Positions 40,048-50,846 of a stretch of DNA of 64,000 nt are shown here, piece after piece. The DNA is taken from contig OZ245015.1 in the NCBI GenBank assembly GCA_965223705.1, positions 3,872,001-3,936,000 of the forward strand, given 5' to 3'. Source of the DNA: Myxococcota bacterium. GTDB lineage: Bacteria; Myxococcota_A; UBA9160; UBA6930. The notes beneath the pieces were generated by a model. The model did not search any database and was not told where the DNA came from. It was given only the letters and a program-made list of their open reading frames with translations. Both the position numbers and the translations under genes were made by a program. Numbering within the stretch: the first letter of the stretch is position 1; each line of letters starts with the position of its first letter.

Positions 40048-41325
40048 CTAGCGCGTTTGCTGGGTCTCGGGTCGCACGACCATCCAAACGAGGAGCGACG
40101 CCAAACCCATGACATTGAAAGCCACGACGGCGGTGGTCACGCTGGTCCGCTCCGCGAGCTCGCCGAGGAGATACATCCCGAAGGGTAGAGAGCCGATCGC
40201 CATGCTGAGAAGACCCATCGCCCGACCGCGCATCGAAGCGTCCGAAGCCGTCATCGTGAGCGCGCCCTGGGTCGCGCCGAAGAGGCCGAAGCCGATCGAT
40301 GAAGCGAACAGCGATGCGAGCACCAAGCCGTAGCTCTCGAAAAGAACGAAGCCGAACAGGAAGATCATCGCGATCAACGACCCGACGAGGTGGGCCCAGC
40401 CGCGATGCGGCCTCGCCGCGGCGACCCATAGCGAGCCGACCATCATGCCGACCCCTGTCGATGTCGCGAGGAGCCCGATGCTGACGGGCGTCGCGCCCAG
40501 CCGCTCGCCGACGACTTGAATGATGGGCGTGTACGCGAAACAGAAGAAATCGACGATCACGGTCACGCCGAGAATAGAGACGAGTGTCGGGTTCTTCGGA
40601 AGCGCCCGAAAGCCCGCGGCGATGGACTTCCCGAACGATTCACGCGCCGGTTCGTCTGCACTGGCGATGCTCGGAACGCGCCACATACAAATCGCCGAGA
40701 CCGAGAGCAGACCCGCGATCCCGAGGTAAGCGCCGCCCACGCCGAGCCATTCGATCAGCGAGCCGCCGATGAGCGAGCCCAAGGCGAGCCCGCTCGCCGT
40801 TGAGAGCATCTCGAGCGCCAAGGCATTGTCGATCTGAGTGGGTCCGACGAGATCGTAGACGAGCGCTCGCCGCGCCGTCATGTCGACCACCCAACCGAAC
40901 CCGACGATCGTCATGAAGGGCAGCACGATCCAAACGGTGAGCTGGTCGTGATACCCGAACCATCCCATCGCCGCGGTCACCGGCACCATCGCCGAGAACA
41001 AACCGAGCACCGTCTTGCGGCGATCGAACCGATCGGAAATCGCGCCGCCGAGGATTCCGGCGAAGAGCAACGGGCCCCACATGAAAGCCCCACACAATTG
41101 CACGAGTCTCGGCGAGCTGGTGAGATCGTTCACCACAAAGGTGCCGAGGAAACTGAGCCCCCAGCGCACGATGCTGAAGATCCAGCCGCTCGCGTAGACC
41201 CGCGCGAAATACGGCACTTCGAGCGACTCGAACGCGCGTCTCAAGCCGCTCTCGGGTCGGTGCGGTGCGGTCACGGCCGGCCAGGGTACTCGGCGGCACG
41301 AACCGGCGCCCTGAACTAACTTCAT
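40048..41325 (-). CDS. MFS transporter
   Basis: About 12 TM, GGAISDRFDRR motif A, RGRAMG; start uncertain. Confidence 0.85.
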   Translation of the reverse strand: MKLVQGAGSCRRVPWPAVTAPHRPESGLRRAFESLEVPYFARVYASGWIFSIVRWGLSFLGTFVVNDLTSSPRLVQLCGAFMWGPLLFAGILGGAISDRFDRRKTVLGLFSAMVPVTAAMGWFGYHDQLTVWIVLPFMTIVGFGWVVDMTARRALVYDLVGPTQIDNALALEMLSTASGLALGSLIGGSLIEWLGVGGAYLGIAGLLSVSAICMWRVPSIASADEPARESFGKSIAAGFRALPKNPTLVSILGVTVIVDFFCFAYTPIIQVVGERLGATPVSIGLLATSTGVGMMVGSLWVAAARPHRGWAHLVGSLIAMIFLFGFVLFESYGLVLASLFASSIGFGLFGATQGALTMTASDASMRGRAMGLLSMAIGSLPFGMYLLGELAERTSVTTAVVAFNVMGLASLLVWMVVRPETQQTR

Positions 41326-41359
41326 TTGCGCCGGGCGACCTGCCCCGAATGAGGTTCCT

Positions 41360-42541
41360 ATGAGCGGCTACACCATCATCGATGTCGATACCCACGTTAC
41401 GGAGACGCCGGATCTTTGGACCAGCCGCGTCCCCGAGCGCATGAAAGACAGCGTTCCGAAAGTCATCACGGACGCGAAGGGGCGCCAGATATGGGTCCTG
41501 GGTGACAAGACCATCGGCAGCCCGGGAATCTCGTCCACCGCCGGTGTCGGTGACATGTTGAACCCGCCGGCGACTCTCGAGGAGGCGCACCCCGGTTCCC
41601 ACGACGCCAAGGAACGTCTCAAGTACATGGATCAGATGGGCATCTGGGCCATGGTGATGTACCCGAATGTCGGGGGATTCGGGAACCAATCCTTCCTGCG
41701 CATGAAAGACCCCGAGCTCATGCTGACCTGTGTGCAGGCCTACAACGACTGGCAGACCGAATGGGCCTCGGCCGATTCGCGCAGACTCCTGCCGACGATC
41801 TCCACGCCATTCTGGGATGTCGAAGAGTCCGTGAAAGAAGTGCAGCGCTGCGCGGAGATGGGGCACAAAGGCATCCTGTTCACCGGCGCTCCGGAGTCCT
41901 TCGGACAGCCGGTCCTCGGCGATCGCCACTGGGATCCGCTTTGGCAGGCCGCCGTCGATCTCGATCTTCCGGTGAGCTTTCACATCGGTTCCGGCGACTT
42001 CGAGATCGGGCTTCGCAAGGACAAGATCAAGACCTACGGCCGAATGGCGGCGTTCGCCGCGCTGTCCGTGGATATCTTCCTCACGAACGGCATGCAGCTC
42101 GCCGACTTGCTCGTCTCCGGTGTCCTCGCGCGCTTCCCCGACATCAAATTCGTGTCCGTCGAGAGCGGAATCGGCTGGGTGCCGTTTGCTCTGGAAGCAC
42201 TCGATTACCAGTTTCTCGGCAACCGCGTTCCCGAGCAGCGCGCAGATCTCGACATGCTGCCGTCGGAGTATTTCGCCCGAAACGTCTACGCCTGTTATTG
42301 GTTCGAGCAGATCGCCCCGCGCCGCTTGATCGACAAGGTCGGCGTCGACAACATCCTTTTCGAAACGGACTTCCCGCACCCGACCTCTCTGTTCGGCGAC
42401 GAGGTACACGAGCGCATTCAGACCGGGCTCGACGATTGCCCGGCCGACGTCCGGAAGAAGATCCTCTGGGACAACGCGGAGAAGCTCTACAAAGTCGAAG
42501 GACCGAACGCGGAAGACGAGGCGCGCCAGGCGGCGGCCTAG
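41360..42541 (+). CDS. amidohydrolase family 2 protein
   Basis: IIDVDTH, AYNDW, FHIG, ESGIGW, FETDFPH. Confidence 0.9.
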   Translation: MSGYTIIDVDTHVTETPDLWTSRVPERMKDSVPKVITDAKGRQIWVLGDKTIGSPGISSTAGVGDMLNPPATLEEAHPGSHDAKERLKYMDQMGIWAMVMYPNVGGFGNQSFLRMKDPELMLTCVQAYNDWQTEWASADSRRLLPTISTPFWDVEESVKEVQRCAEMGHKGILFTGAPESFGQPVLGDRHWDPLWQAAVDLDLPVSFHIGSGDFEIGLRKDKIKTYGRMAAFAALSVDIFLTNGMQLADLLVSGVLARFPDIKFVSVESGIGWVPFALEALDYQFLGNRVPEQRADLDMLPSEYFARNVYACYWFEQIAPRRLIDKVGVDNILFETDFPHPTSLFGDEVHERIQTGLDDCPADVRKKILWDNAEKLYKVEGPNAEDEARQAAA

Positions 42542-42557
42542 GACGGACTGCGTGGAT

Positions 42558-42576
42558 CGAGGCCGGGCCGGCCTCG
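42558..42576. terminator. GC hairpin between convergent genes
   Basis: CGAGGCCGG/CCGGCCTCG inverted repeat. Confidence 0.4.
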
Positions 42577-42621
42577 CGATACCCAGCTTGTTCGCGCGGC
42601 GTCCGGTCGCGCTACAGGCGG

Positions 42622-44640
42622 TTAGCGAAGGTGTTCGCGGACTCGCTCGGCAATCGCCTTTGGCGTAAAGCCGAAGTGATCGGTCAAATCGGCGTAAGGG
42701 GCTGAAGCACCGAAGCGGTCGATCCCGCAGATCAAGCCGTCGCGGCCGGCGTAGGGACGGAACGCTTCGCCTCGTCCGGCTTCGACGGCGACCACGGGAA
42801 CGCCTTCGGGAAAGAGCGAGACGCGGAAGGCTTCGTCTTGAGCCGCGAGCCGCTCGAGCGACGGCGCCGAGATCACGCGAGCCGAAATTCCGCCGTCGCG
42901 AAGTTCGCTTGCCGCGCCCACGATCGTCGGCACCTCCGAACCCGACGCGACGAGCACGACGTCGGGCGTCCCGGGCGAATCCTCGAGGACATAGGCGCCG
43001 CGCAACACGTCGGCGTTCTGGAAACTACTCGGCCGCTTCGGTGCAGTGACTTTTTGTCTCGTCAGGGCGAGAACCACCGGACCGCGGGCTTCTCGAAGTG
43101 CCCAGGCCCACGCCATCGCCGTCTCGATCCCGTCGACGGGGCGGAACAACGTGAGTCCCGGAATCGCGCGCAACGCGTCCAGGTGCTCGATCGGCTGGTG
43201 GGTTGGACCGTCTTCACCGAGGAAGATCGAATCGTGCGTGAAGACAAAGACCGTCGGCACCTTCATCAGCGCGCCGAGCCGGATCGCGGGCCTGACGTAG
43301 TCGCTGAAGACCAGGAAGGTCCCACCGTAACCGCGGAACGTTCCGTCGAGCCCGATGCCGTTCAGGATCGCTCCCATCGCGTGCTCGCGAACACCGAAGT
43401 GAAGATTGCGGCCCGCGAAGGGGTCGTCGCCGCCAGCGGCCGGTCCCACATCACCCGCACTCTTGAGTGTCGTGTTGTTCGAACCCGCGAGATCCGCGGA
43501 GCCGCCCACCAGGAACGGCGCGTGTTCTGCGAGCTTTTGGAGGACCGCGCCGGAGTGTTTGCGCGTCGCATCGTCGACGCCCTCGAGGCCGTCGCACAGG
43601 AGGTCGCCGAGGTTCTCGGGGACTTTCTGTGCGCGCGCGGCGTCCCACTGACTCGCGGCGTCGGGATCGGCGGCGCGCCAACGCTCGAGTTGCGCGTCGC
43701 GCGCGCCGCGATCCGCACGCTTCGCCTTGACGATTTCCGCGAGGGCGCCGCGAACGTCATCCGGCACGAAAAACGTCGGTTCCGCGGGCCAGCCCAGGGC
43801 TTCCTTCGTGAGGCGCGCCTCTTCTTCCCCGAGCGCCTCGCCGTGCGCTTTCGATTTGCCGGCGCGATTGGGGCTGCCAAAACCGATCGTGGTTCGGGCG
43901 ACGATGATCGACGGGCGCTCCGTCTCGCCGCGCGCCACCTCGAGCGCGCGCGAGAGCGCGTCGATGTCGTGGCCGTCGACGGACTGCACGTGCCAGCGCT
44001 GCGCCTCGAACCGCTTCGGGACGTCTTCGGCGAAGGAAATATCCGTCGCGCCGTCGATCGTGATCTTGTTGTCGTCGTAGAGGTAGATGAGGTTGCCGAG
44101 CCCGAGGAGCCCGGCGACCGAAGCCGTTTCGTACGAGATCCCCTCCATGAGATCGCCGTCCGAAACAATGCCGTACACGAAATGATCGCCGGGCCCGCCG
44201 GCTTCCCGTCCGAAGCGCGACCGCGTGAGTCGACCCGCGAGCGCCATCCCGACACCGTGCCCAAAGCCCTGCCCGAGCGGCCCCGTCGTGACTTCGACGC
44301 CCGGCGTATCGCCGTGCTCGGGATGGCCCGGCGTCTTCGAGCCGAGTTGTCGGAAGTCGCGAAGATCGTCGAGCGTGACGTCGTACTCGAAGAGGTGCAG
44401 CAGTCCGTAGAGCAGCATCGACGCGTGCCCGGCGGAAAGAACGAACCGATCGCGCAACGGCCACTCGGGATCGCTCGGGTCGAAGCGCAGATGATTCGCC
44501 CACAACTCGAAAGCGGGTCGCGCGAGACCCATCGGCGCGCCGGGGTGTCCACAACCCGCGCGTTCGACGGCGTCGATCGCGAGGGTGCGGAGCGTGTTTT
44601 CGATCTTTTCACGAAGAGCGAGGGGAAATTCACTGGACAT
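42622..44640 (-). CDS. tkt: transketolase
   Basis: GHPGAPMG, RDRFVLSAGH, GDGD-type SDGDLMEG, GVREHAM, HDSI.LGEDGPTHQP. Confidence 0.97.
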   Translation of the reverse strand: MSSEFPLALREKIENTLRTLAIDAVERAGCGHPGAPMGLARPAFELWANHLRFDPSDPEWPLRDRFVLSAGHASMLLYGLLHLFEYDVTLDDLRDFRQLGSKTPGHPEHGDTPGVEVTTGPLGQGFGHGVGMALAGRLTRSRFGREAGGPGDHFVYGIVSDGDLMEGISYETASVAGLLGLGNLIYLYDDNKITIDGATDISFAEDVPKRFEAQRWHVQSVDGHDIDALSRALEVARGETERPSIIVARTTIGFGSPNRAGKSKAHGEALGEEEARLTKEALGWPAEPTFFVPDDVRGALAEIVKAKRADRGARDAQLERWRAADPDAASQWDAARAQKVPENLGDLLCDGLEGVDDATRKHSGAVLQKLAEHAPFLVGGSADLAGSNNTTLKSAGDVGPAAGGDDPFAGRNLHFGVREHAMGAILNGIGLDGTFRGYGGTFLVFSDYVRPAIRLGALMKVPTVFVFTHDSIFLGEDGPTHQPIEHLDALRAIPGLTLFRPVDGIETAMAWAWALREARGPVVLALTRQKVTAPKRPSSFQNADVLRGAYVLEDSPGTPDVVLVASGSEVPTIVGAASELRDGGISARVISAPSLERLAAQDEAFRVSLFPEGVPVVAVEAGRGEAFRPYAGRDGLICGIDRFGASAPYADLTDHFGFTPKAIAERVREHLR

Positions 44641-44699
44641 CGGCGGCAAAGTAGCGCGTCGACGTGCCGGCGCTTAGAACGCGGTTCTGAAGTGCTTGT

Positions 44700-44775
44700 T
44701 GGTCGGGGTGGTGGGATTCGAACCCACGACGCTGACCACCCAAAGGTCAGGCTCTAGCCACTGAGCTACACCCCG
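44700..44775 (-). tRNA. tRNA-Pro(TGG)
   Basis: 76-nt cloverleaf, CGGGGTG/CACCCCG acceptor stem, anticodon loop TTTGGGT, TTCGAAT T-loop, encoded CCA. Confidence 0.93.
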
Positions 44776-44819
44776 TCCGCGCGAAATTACCACGTCCAGG
44801 GGGACGCCGGCGTGGTCGA

Positions 44820-45485
44820 CTACGCGAGCAGGACCGGCTGCAGGACCTTGTCTTCGAGCCAGCCAATGAGATCGCGGAGCGCTTCGGGACGGATCTCGTG
44901 CTGCATTTCATATTCCCGATACGCCGGCGCAACACCGAGAGCGATCAGTCGGTCGCGCGATTCCTGACCGAGTGTGACGGGCAGTAACGGGTCCTCGGTG
45001 CCGTGTGCGACGAACACCGGGAGGGTCGCGTGGGCGGTCGTTCCCGAAAAATCTGCACACAGCGCTTCGGGCAGCCACGACGACAGGGCGATGAGCCCAG
45101 CGAAACGGTCCGGATCGCGGAGGGCCAGGTCGTAGGCGAGCACCCCGCCCTGGCTGAATCCCAGTACAGCGGTTTTCCGGCGGTCGACGGGGTAGCACTC
45201 CGAGGCCGCTTCCAAGAAATCCGTCACGAGCCCGCTCGCGCGGCGGACGGCGTCGAGAGAGACTTCGCGATCCTCGCTCAGCGGGAACCAACCGCTGCCC
45301 TCAATGCCTTCCGCGATCGGGACGCGGAGAGGCCCCTGGGGGCAAAGCACGACGGCCTGCCCTCCGTGGATGATGGGTGCCAAACCCAGCAGGTCGTGGG
45401 CGCTAGCGCCCCAACCGTGCAGTGCCAGGATGGTGGGGAAAGGGCCGTCGCCGGCGGGTACGTGCGCTGTGTGAAGGAGTTCCAT
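44820..45485 (-). CDS. phospholipase/carboxylesterase alpha/beta hydrolase
   Basis: LHGWG, GFSQGG, HGTEDP, H in MQHEI. Confidence 0.9.
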   Translation of the reverse strand: MELLHTAHVPAGDGPFPTILALHGWGASAHDLLGLAPIIHGGQAVVLCPQGPLRVPIAEGIEGSGWFPLSEDREVSLDAVRRASGLVTDFLEAASECYPVDRRKTAVLGFSQGGVLAYDLALRDPDRFAGLIALSSWLPEALCADFSGTTAHATLPVFVAHGTEDPLLPVTLGQESRDRLIALGVAPAYREYEMQHEIRPEALRDLIGWLEDKVLQPVLLA

Positions 45486-45529
45486 GGCCGGAGCATACAG
45501 GCCGGCGGCTCTGCTACACCTGCTAGTCC

Positions 45530-46933
45530 ATGGCCGGCCGCAACCTCTACGACAAAGTCTGGGACGCGCACACTGTGCGCGAGCTTCCCAATGGACAAAC
45601 GCAGCTCTTTATCGGGCTCCATCTGATCCACGAGGTGACCTCACCTCAGGCGTTCCAGATGCTCGCGGAAATGGGCCTCAAAGTGAAGTTCCCCGATCGC
45701 ACGTTTGCGACGGTCGACCACATTATTCCCACCGACAACCAAGCGCGGCCGTTCGGCGATCCCATTGCCGAAGAGATGATGGAGCACCTCGAGCGGAATT
45801 GTCGCGACAACGGCATCACGCTCTTCGACACCGCGAGCGGGCATCAGGGCATCGTCCACGTCATCGGTCCTGAGTTGGGCCTCACTCAACCGGCGATGAC
45901 GGTGGCTTGCGGCGACAGCCACACCTCGAGCCACGGGGCGTACGGCGCGATCGCGTTCGGGATCGGAACCAGCCAGGTGCGCGATGTTCTCGCAACTCAG
46001 ACGCTCGCGATGGGGCGTCTCAAGGTTCGACGCATCGACGTCACCGGCAAGCTCGGCGGTGGCGTATACGCCAAAGACGTAACGCTCGACATCATTCGAC
46101 GCACGGGTGCGAAGGGCGGCGTCGGGTACGCGTACGAATACGCCGGCCCGGTCCTCGAAGCGATGTCCATGGAAGAGCGGCTCACCGTCTGCAACATGTC
46201 GATCGAAGGCGGCGCGCGGGTCGGCTACGTGAGCCCCGACGACGTCACGTTCGAAGACCTCAGGGGGCGTCCTCGGGCTCCCAAGGGAGAAGCCTTCGAC
46301 CGCGCGGTGCGCTGGTGGCAGAGCATGGCGAGCGATCGCGACGCGCACTACGACGACCGCATGGAGATCGAAGGCGAAACCATCGAGCCCACCGTGACCT
46401 GGGGCATCAACCCGGGACAAGCCGTCGGCGTGAATCAGCCCATTGCGCGCGCCGACAGCCTTCCCGAGGACGAACGCCCCGGTCATGAAGAAGCGCTGTC
46501 GTTCATGGAAATGCGGGCCGGCGAGCCCGTCGTCGGCAAGAAGATCGACGTCGCGTTCATCGGTTCCTGCACGAACAGTCGGATCAGCGATCTGCGCGAA
46601 GCCGCGCGCGTCGCCAAAACGGGGCGCGTGGCGCCGCATGTCCGCGCTCTCGTCGTACCTGGCTCGCAGGCGGTTCAGCGCGAGGCCGAGGCCGAAGGGC
46701 TCCACGAGGTGTTCCGCGCCGCGGGCTTCGACTGGCGTGAGCCCGGCTGCTCGATGTGCCTCGCCATGAACGCCGACAAGCTCCAGGGCCGCGAGCTCTG
46801 CGCTTCCTCGAGCAATCGCAACTTCAAGGGCCGTCAGGGTTCCCCCACCGGCCGAACGCTGTTGATGTCTCCCGCCATGGTGGCCGCCGCCGCCATCCGC
46901 GGCGAAGTCGTCGACGTACGAGAGGTGCTCTAG
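45530..46933 (+). CDS. leuC: 3-isopropylmalate dehydratase large subunit
   Basis: [36 protein letters not shown]. Confidence 0.97.
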   Translation: MAGRNLYDKVWDAHTVRELPNGQTQLFIGLHLIHEVTSPQAFQMLAEMGLKVKFPDRTFATVDHIIPTDNQARPFGDPIAEEMMEHLERNCRDNGITLFDTASGHQGIVHVIGPELGLTQPAMTVACGDSHTSSHGAYGAIAFGIGTSQVRDVLATQTLAMGRLKVRRIDVTGKLGGGVYAKDVTLDIIRRTGAKGGVGYAYEYAGPVLEAMSMEERLTVCNMSIEGGARVGYVSPDDVTFEDLRGRPRAPKGEAFDRAVRWWQSMASDRDAHYDDRMEIEGETIEPTVTWGINPGQAVGVNQPIARADSLPEDERPGHEEALSFMEMRAGEPVVGKKIDVAFIGSCTNSRISDLREAARVAKTGRVAPHVRALVVPGSQAVQREAEAEGLHEVFRAAGFDWREPGCSMCLAMNADKLQGRELCASSSNRNFKGRQGSPTGRTLLMSPAMVAAAAIRGEVVDVREVL

Positions 46934-47535
46934 TGCCTGAGCGACGCATCGACCATGTGCGCGGGCGGGGCTGCGTGTTGCGCGGCAACGACATCGACAC
47001 CGACCGGATCATTCCGGCGCGCTACCTCATGTGCGTGACCTTTGACGGGTTGGGCGAGTTCGCCTTCGAAGACGACCGCGAGCAAGCGAAAGGCGATCAT
47101 CCCTTCGACGACGATCGTTTCGAGGGTGCGAGTATTCTGGTGGTGGAAGCGAACTTTGGCTGCGGCTCGTCGCGCGAACACGCGCCTCAAGCGTTGATGC
47201 GACGCGGGTTCAACGGGTTCATCGGCGTGTCGTTTGGCGAGATCTTCTCCGGGAACTGCACGGCGAACGGCCTGGTGTGCGCGCGCCTCTCGCCCGAAGA
47301 CGTTGCGACACTGATGGAATCCGTAAACCTCGATCCGAGCCAGGAAATCGCCATCGACGTGGAGGCGAAGACGGTGACGTCGAAGGCCGGCGTGTTCCGG
47401 GCGGAAATCCCGGAAGGCGTGCGCAACCAGCTCCTCGAGGGCACGTGGCACGCCACAGGCGTCCTCCTCGACGCCGCCGACGAGATTGCCACCACGGCCA
47501 AGGGATTGCCCTACACGAGCGACTTCGCGGGCTAG
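46933..47535 (+). CDS. leuD: 3-isopropylmalate dehydratase small subunit
   Basis: DIDTDRIIPAR, NFGCGSSREHAP, SFGEIF; GTG overlaps the leuC stop. Confidence 0.96.
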   Translation: MPERRIDHVRGRGCVLRGNDIDTDRIIPARYLMCVTFDGLGEFAFEDDREQAKGDHPFDDDRFEGASILVVEANFGCGSSREHAPQALMRRGFNGFIGVSFGEIFSGNCTANGLVCARLSPEDVATLMESVNLDPSQEIAIDVEAKTVTSKAGVFRAEIPEGVRNQLLEGTWHATGVLLDAADEIATTAKGLPYTSDFAG

Positions 47536-48503
47536 GTCTTGACGCCAGCCGCCCAAGAGCGGTTCGCCTCATACCAGGCGACAGCTTCGGCCACACCTTC
47601 CTCGAGCGATACCTCGGGTCGCCAACCGAGCCGCTCTCCCGCCGCTGTGATGTCCGCCCAGGTCGCGGTGACATCCGCGCGATGCATCGGTTGGTTTTCG
47701 ATATTCGCGATCCGGCCCGTCTCCTCTTCTACGAGCTCGATCAAGTGATTGATCGTCTCCGGGGCGTCGCCCCCCAGGTTGATCACGGCGAATCCCTGGG
47801 GTGCGAGCGCCGCGACCGTGCCGCGTGCGATGTCCTCGACGAAGGTAAAGTCGCGCGACTGGGAGCCATCGCCGAACACGGTCACCGGACGTCCCTCACG
47901 AATCCACTGAATGAAGCGAAACACGCTCATGTCCGGTCGGCCCGACGGACCGTAGACGGTGAAGTAGCGAACCACCGAAATATCGAGGCCGTGCACGTGG
48001 TGGTAGCTATGGCAGAGCGCCTCGGCGCCGAGCTTTGATGCCGCGTACGGCGAGAGCGGCCGACTGACGTCCGCATCTTCGCGATACGGCCGGGTATTGT
48101 GCGCACCGTAGACGCTCGACGTCGATGCCAACAGGAATTTCGGAATTTCGCAGCGCCGGCACAGATCGAGCAGCAACCGCGTTCCGGTCATGTTTGTGTC
48201 GATGTAGACCTGAGGATCGGCGACGCTCTGGCGCACGCCGGCCCGCGCCGCGAGATTGATCACCGCGTCGAACGGCCCTTCGCTTTCGAGCGCCGCGACC
48301 GCGCCCTCGTCGCTGATATCGGTCTCGTCAAAACGGAAAGCCTTGTGTTGACGAAGCTCTTCGAGTCGATGTCTTTTGAGCACGGGGTCGTAGGCGTCGT
48401 TCAGATTGTCGACACCGACGACGTCGTGCCCGGCCTCAAGTAATGCGGCCGCGACGCGGGACGCGATGAAACCGGCTGCGCCAGTGACGAGATACCGCGG
48501 CAT
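47532..48503 (-). CDS. NAD-dependent epimerase (UDP-glucuronate 4-epimerase-like)
   Basis: TGAAGFI, LAARAGVR, SPYAASK, FTVYGP.GRPDM. Confidence 0.88.
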   Translation of the reverse strand: MPRYLVTGAAGFIASRVAAALLEAGHDVVGVDNLNDAYDPVLKRHRLEELRQHKAFRFDETDISDEGAVAALESEGPFDAVINLAARAGVRQSVADPQVYIDTNMTGTRLLLDLCRRCEIPKFLLASTSSVYGAHNTRPYREDADVSRPLSPYAASKLGAEALCHSYHHVHGLDISVVRYFTVYGPSGRPDMSVFRFIQWIREGRPVTVFGDGSQSRDFTFVEDIARGTVAALAPQGFAVINLGGDAPETINHLIELVEEETGRIANIENQPMHRADVTATWADITAAGERLGWRPEVSLEEGVAEAVAWYEANRSWAAGVKT

Positions 48504-48509
48504 CCCGAC

Positions 48510-49289
48510 CTAGCGCCCGCTGAACTTCGCGGGGCGCTTCGCCAAAAACGCGTCCTTCCCTTCGATCCGATCTTCGGTTGAGAAAATGGTGCCGAACACC
48601 GCTTGCTCGTACGCGTTCGCGAGATGCAAGTTCGCGTCCTGGCTCTCCTGGATGAGACGCTTCCCCATCGCGACGGCAACGGGTCCTTTTTCGGCGATCT
48701 TCTCCCCCATGGCCACCGAACCCTCGAGGAGGGTTTCGGTGTCTTCGTATACGCGGTTCGCCAAGCCGATCCGCAGGGCGGTTTCGGAATCCACCGGCTC
48801 GCCAGTTACGACGAGCTCCTTCGCCCAAGCGACACCGACGCGCCGCACGAGTCGCGTATTGCCGCCGAAGCCGGGAACGAGTCCGAGATTGACCTCCGGC
48901 TGTCCAAACCGAGCCTTGCTCGACGCGTAGATCCAGTCACAGGAAAGGGCGACCTCGCACCCCCCACCGAGCGCGTAGCCGTTGACCGCCGCGATGGTCG
49001 GAATCGCGAGGGATTCGAGACCCGACAGGACCTCGTGCCCCCGTCGACTGAATGCGACGCCCTCGAGCGGCGACATCTTTCGCATCTCGCCGATGTCGGC
49101 CCCCGCCGCGAACGCGCGGCCCGCCCCCGTCAACACCAAAGCGCGAGCCGAATCGTCCGCGCGAACCTCGTCGATGCGTTTCGCGAGCGCTTCGATAATT
49201 TGCGGATTGAGCGCGTTCAGTACGTCCGGCCGGTTCAAGGTTAGGACGACGACGTCGCCGCGTTTTTCCGAGAGTACGAGTTCGCTCAC
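48510..49289 (-). CDS. enoyl-CoA hydratase
   Basis: AFAAGADI, NGYALGGGCE, GQPEVNLG. Confidence 0.92.
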   Translation of the reverse strand: MSELVLSEKRGDVVVLTLNRPDVLNALNPQIIEALAKRIDEVRADDSARALVLTGAGRAFAAGADIGEMRKMSPLEGVAFSRRGHEVLSGLESLAIPTIAAVNGYALGGGCEVALSCDWIYASSKARFGQPEVNLGLVPGFGGNTRLVRRVGVAWAKELVVTGEPVDSETALRIGLANRVYEDTETLLEGSVAMGEKIAEKGPVAVAMGKRLIQESQDANLHLANAYEQAVFGTIFSTEDRIEGKDAFLAKRPAKFSGR

Positions 49290-49373
49290 CTTTTGCTCCT
49301 TCGGCTGCCATGCCCGCAGATTTCGAGCGGCGGGATGCTATCACAAGCGCGGGCTTGGTATCTTGGGAGTGCT

Positions 49374-49973
49374 GTGAAGACGGGACGAAGAAGCAGTCTG
49401 GCCGCCGCGTTCCTCGCGGGTCTCGCTTGGTTTCACATCGCCGCCGGCCCGCTGTTGGCGCACCTCGAGTGGGTCGATCCGATCTTTGGCTTCATGTGGC
49501 TCTTCTGTTTTGGGTTTCTCGAGGGTCTGGTGGCACTCGTTTCGGGCGCTATCTCGCTCTACCGCCAAACCGCCGACTCCCCGTTCCGCGGCATCGCGCG
49601 TTTCGGTTTCGGCGGCGGTTTGGCTGCGTGCATTCTCGGTTTCACTTTGGGGGCGCTCGCTCCAACTCCCTCGAGCCAACGGTCGGCGACGGCCGCTTTC
49701 GACGTGGATGCTTCCGCCGCCTACGCTGCCGCCATCGACGAAGCGTATCGCCGGTCCTTTACGATCCTCGACGAAGACGAGTTCGCACGAACGTTTACGG
49801 CCGACGCAACCACGCGAATCTTTCGCTTCGCGGATCGGATCGAGGTTCGCGCCGAGCCCGATGAGATGGGTACCGGCAGCGAACTCACCATCGAAGTCCG
49901 ATCCCGGGAAAGCCGAGGCCCCTTCTCTTCCGACGCGAAAGCGTTTTCCCGCTTTTTCGAGGCGTTGCGCTAG
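49374..49973 (+). CDS. membrane protein, DUF1499-like C-terminus
   Basis: Three N-terminal TM segments, then T.IFRFAD.I.VR...RSR.SR. Confidence 0.5.
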   Translation: MKTGRRSSLAAAFLAGLAWFHIAAGPLLAHLEWVDPIFGFMWLFCFGFLEGLVALVSGAISLYRQTADSPFRGIARFGFGGGLAACILGFTLGALAPTPSSQRSATAAFDVDASAAYAAAIDEAYRRSFTILDEDEFARTFTADATTRIFRFADRIEVRAEPDEMGTGSELTIEVRSRESRGPFSSDAKAFSRFFEALR

Positions 49974-50737
49974 AACGCGCTGAGGACGCGCGCCGCCATC
50001 ACGGTCGCAGCGGCCGTCCCCATCGCGTGCCCGGCTCGAAAACTTCCGTCCGCTTCCTGCACTGCGATCACCGCAGAAGCGAGCTCCTGGATCGACAACT
50101 GGGTCGCGGGGAGCGCCCGGGCCCCACAACGAAGAAAGACGCGAGCGGTAAACACGGGCGACGCGCGTCGCGAACGGTACGCGCGCTCGAGTTCGCGCCC
50201 GCACCATTGCAAGGCGGCGTCGGCCAGTTCGCCGGGGTAGTTCGTCAACCAGTGAAAATACGCATCGATATCCGCGAGCGACCCCTCTCGAACGCGCGCC
50301 TCGGACCACTGTTCATCGAGGAATGCACTCACGCGACGGAGCGAGCGGTGCGATGTGAACGGCGACTTCGCCAAGAGCCCTGCTGCGAGGCCCGTCTGCA
50401 CAAGCCGCTCTTCGCACTGGCCCGCGATCCCGAAAGACCCGTCTTCGTTTTGCTGACCGGTCACGTAACGAACCGTCAACTCGCCGGCCGCCGAATCGAG
50501 GAACCCAAGCCCGTCGAGGAGCTCCAAGACCGATAGCGTCGCCGCAAAGGGTGTCTCGTCAGAATCGAGGCCTTCGGCAAAACATCCTGTGGAATCCTGC
50601 CGATCCGACAAAGCCGCAAGCCACGCCTGCGCGCGCCCGCGATCGCCCAATGCTTTCACGTAGTCGGCGATCCACGGGGCTGCGCTCGCGCGAAGGAACG
50701 CTTCTGCGGAATCGATGGCAGCGAGTCGTTCGTCCAC
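49970..50737 (-). CDS. prenyltransferase/squalene-cyclase repeat-like protein
   Basis: Repeats QDSTGCF, QNEDGSF, QEADGSF. Confidence 0.55.
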   Translation of the reverse strand: MDERLAAIDSAEAFLRASAAPWIADYVKALGDRGRAQAWLAALSDRQDSTGCFAEGLDSDETPFAATLSVLELLDGLGFLDSAAGELTVRYVTGQQNEDGSFGIAGQCEERLVQTGLAAGLLAKSPFTSHRSLRRVSAFLDEQWSEARVREGSLADIDAYFHWLTNYPGELADAALQWCGRELERAYRSRRASPVFTARVFLRCGARALPATQLSIQELASAVIAVQEADGSFRAGHAMGTAAATVMAARVLSAF

Positions 50738-50846
50738 CCCCGCTACCTTGCGCTATCTCGCGTGTCGCGTAAACCGGCAGAGGTCGCCTCGGCTAAACTG
50801 CCGCGGTGGAACGACTGGACGCGACGCGACGGAGTGCGCGCTACTG

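Noticed and set aside
44641..44820. tRNA-Pro as an integration site of an island
   Set aside because: No integrase or duplicated tRNA 3' end was noticed; the flanks are housekeeping genes
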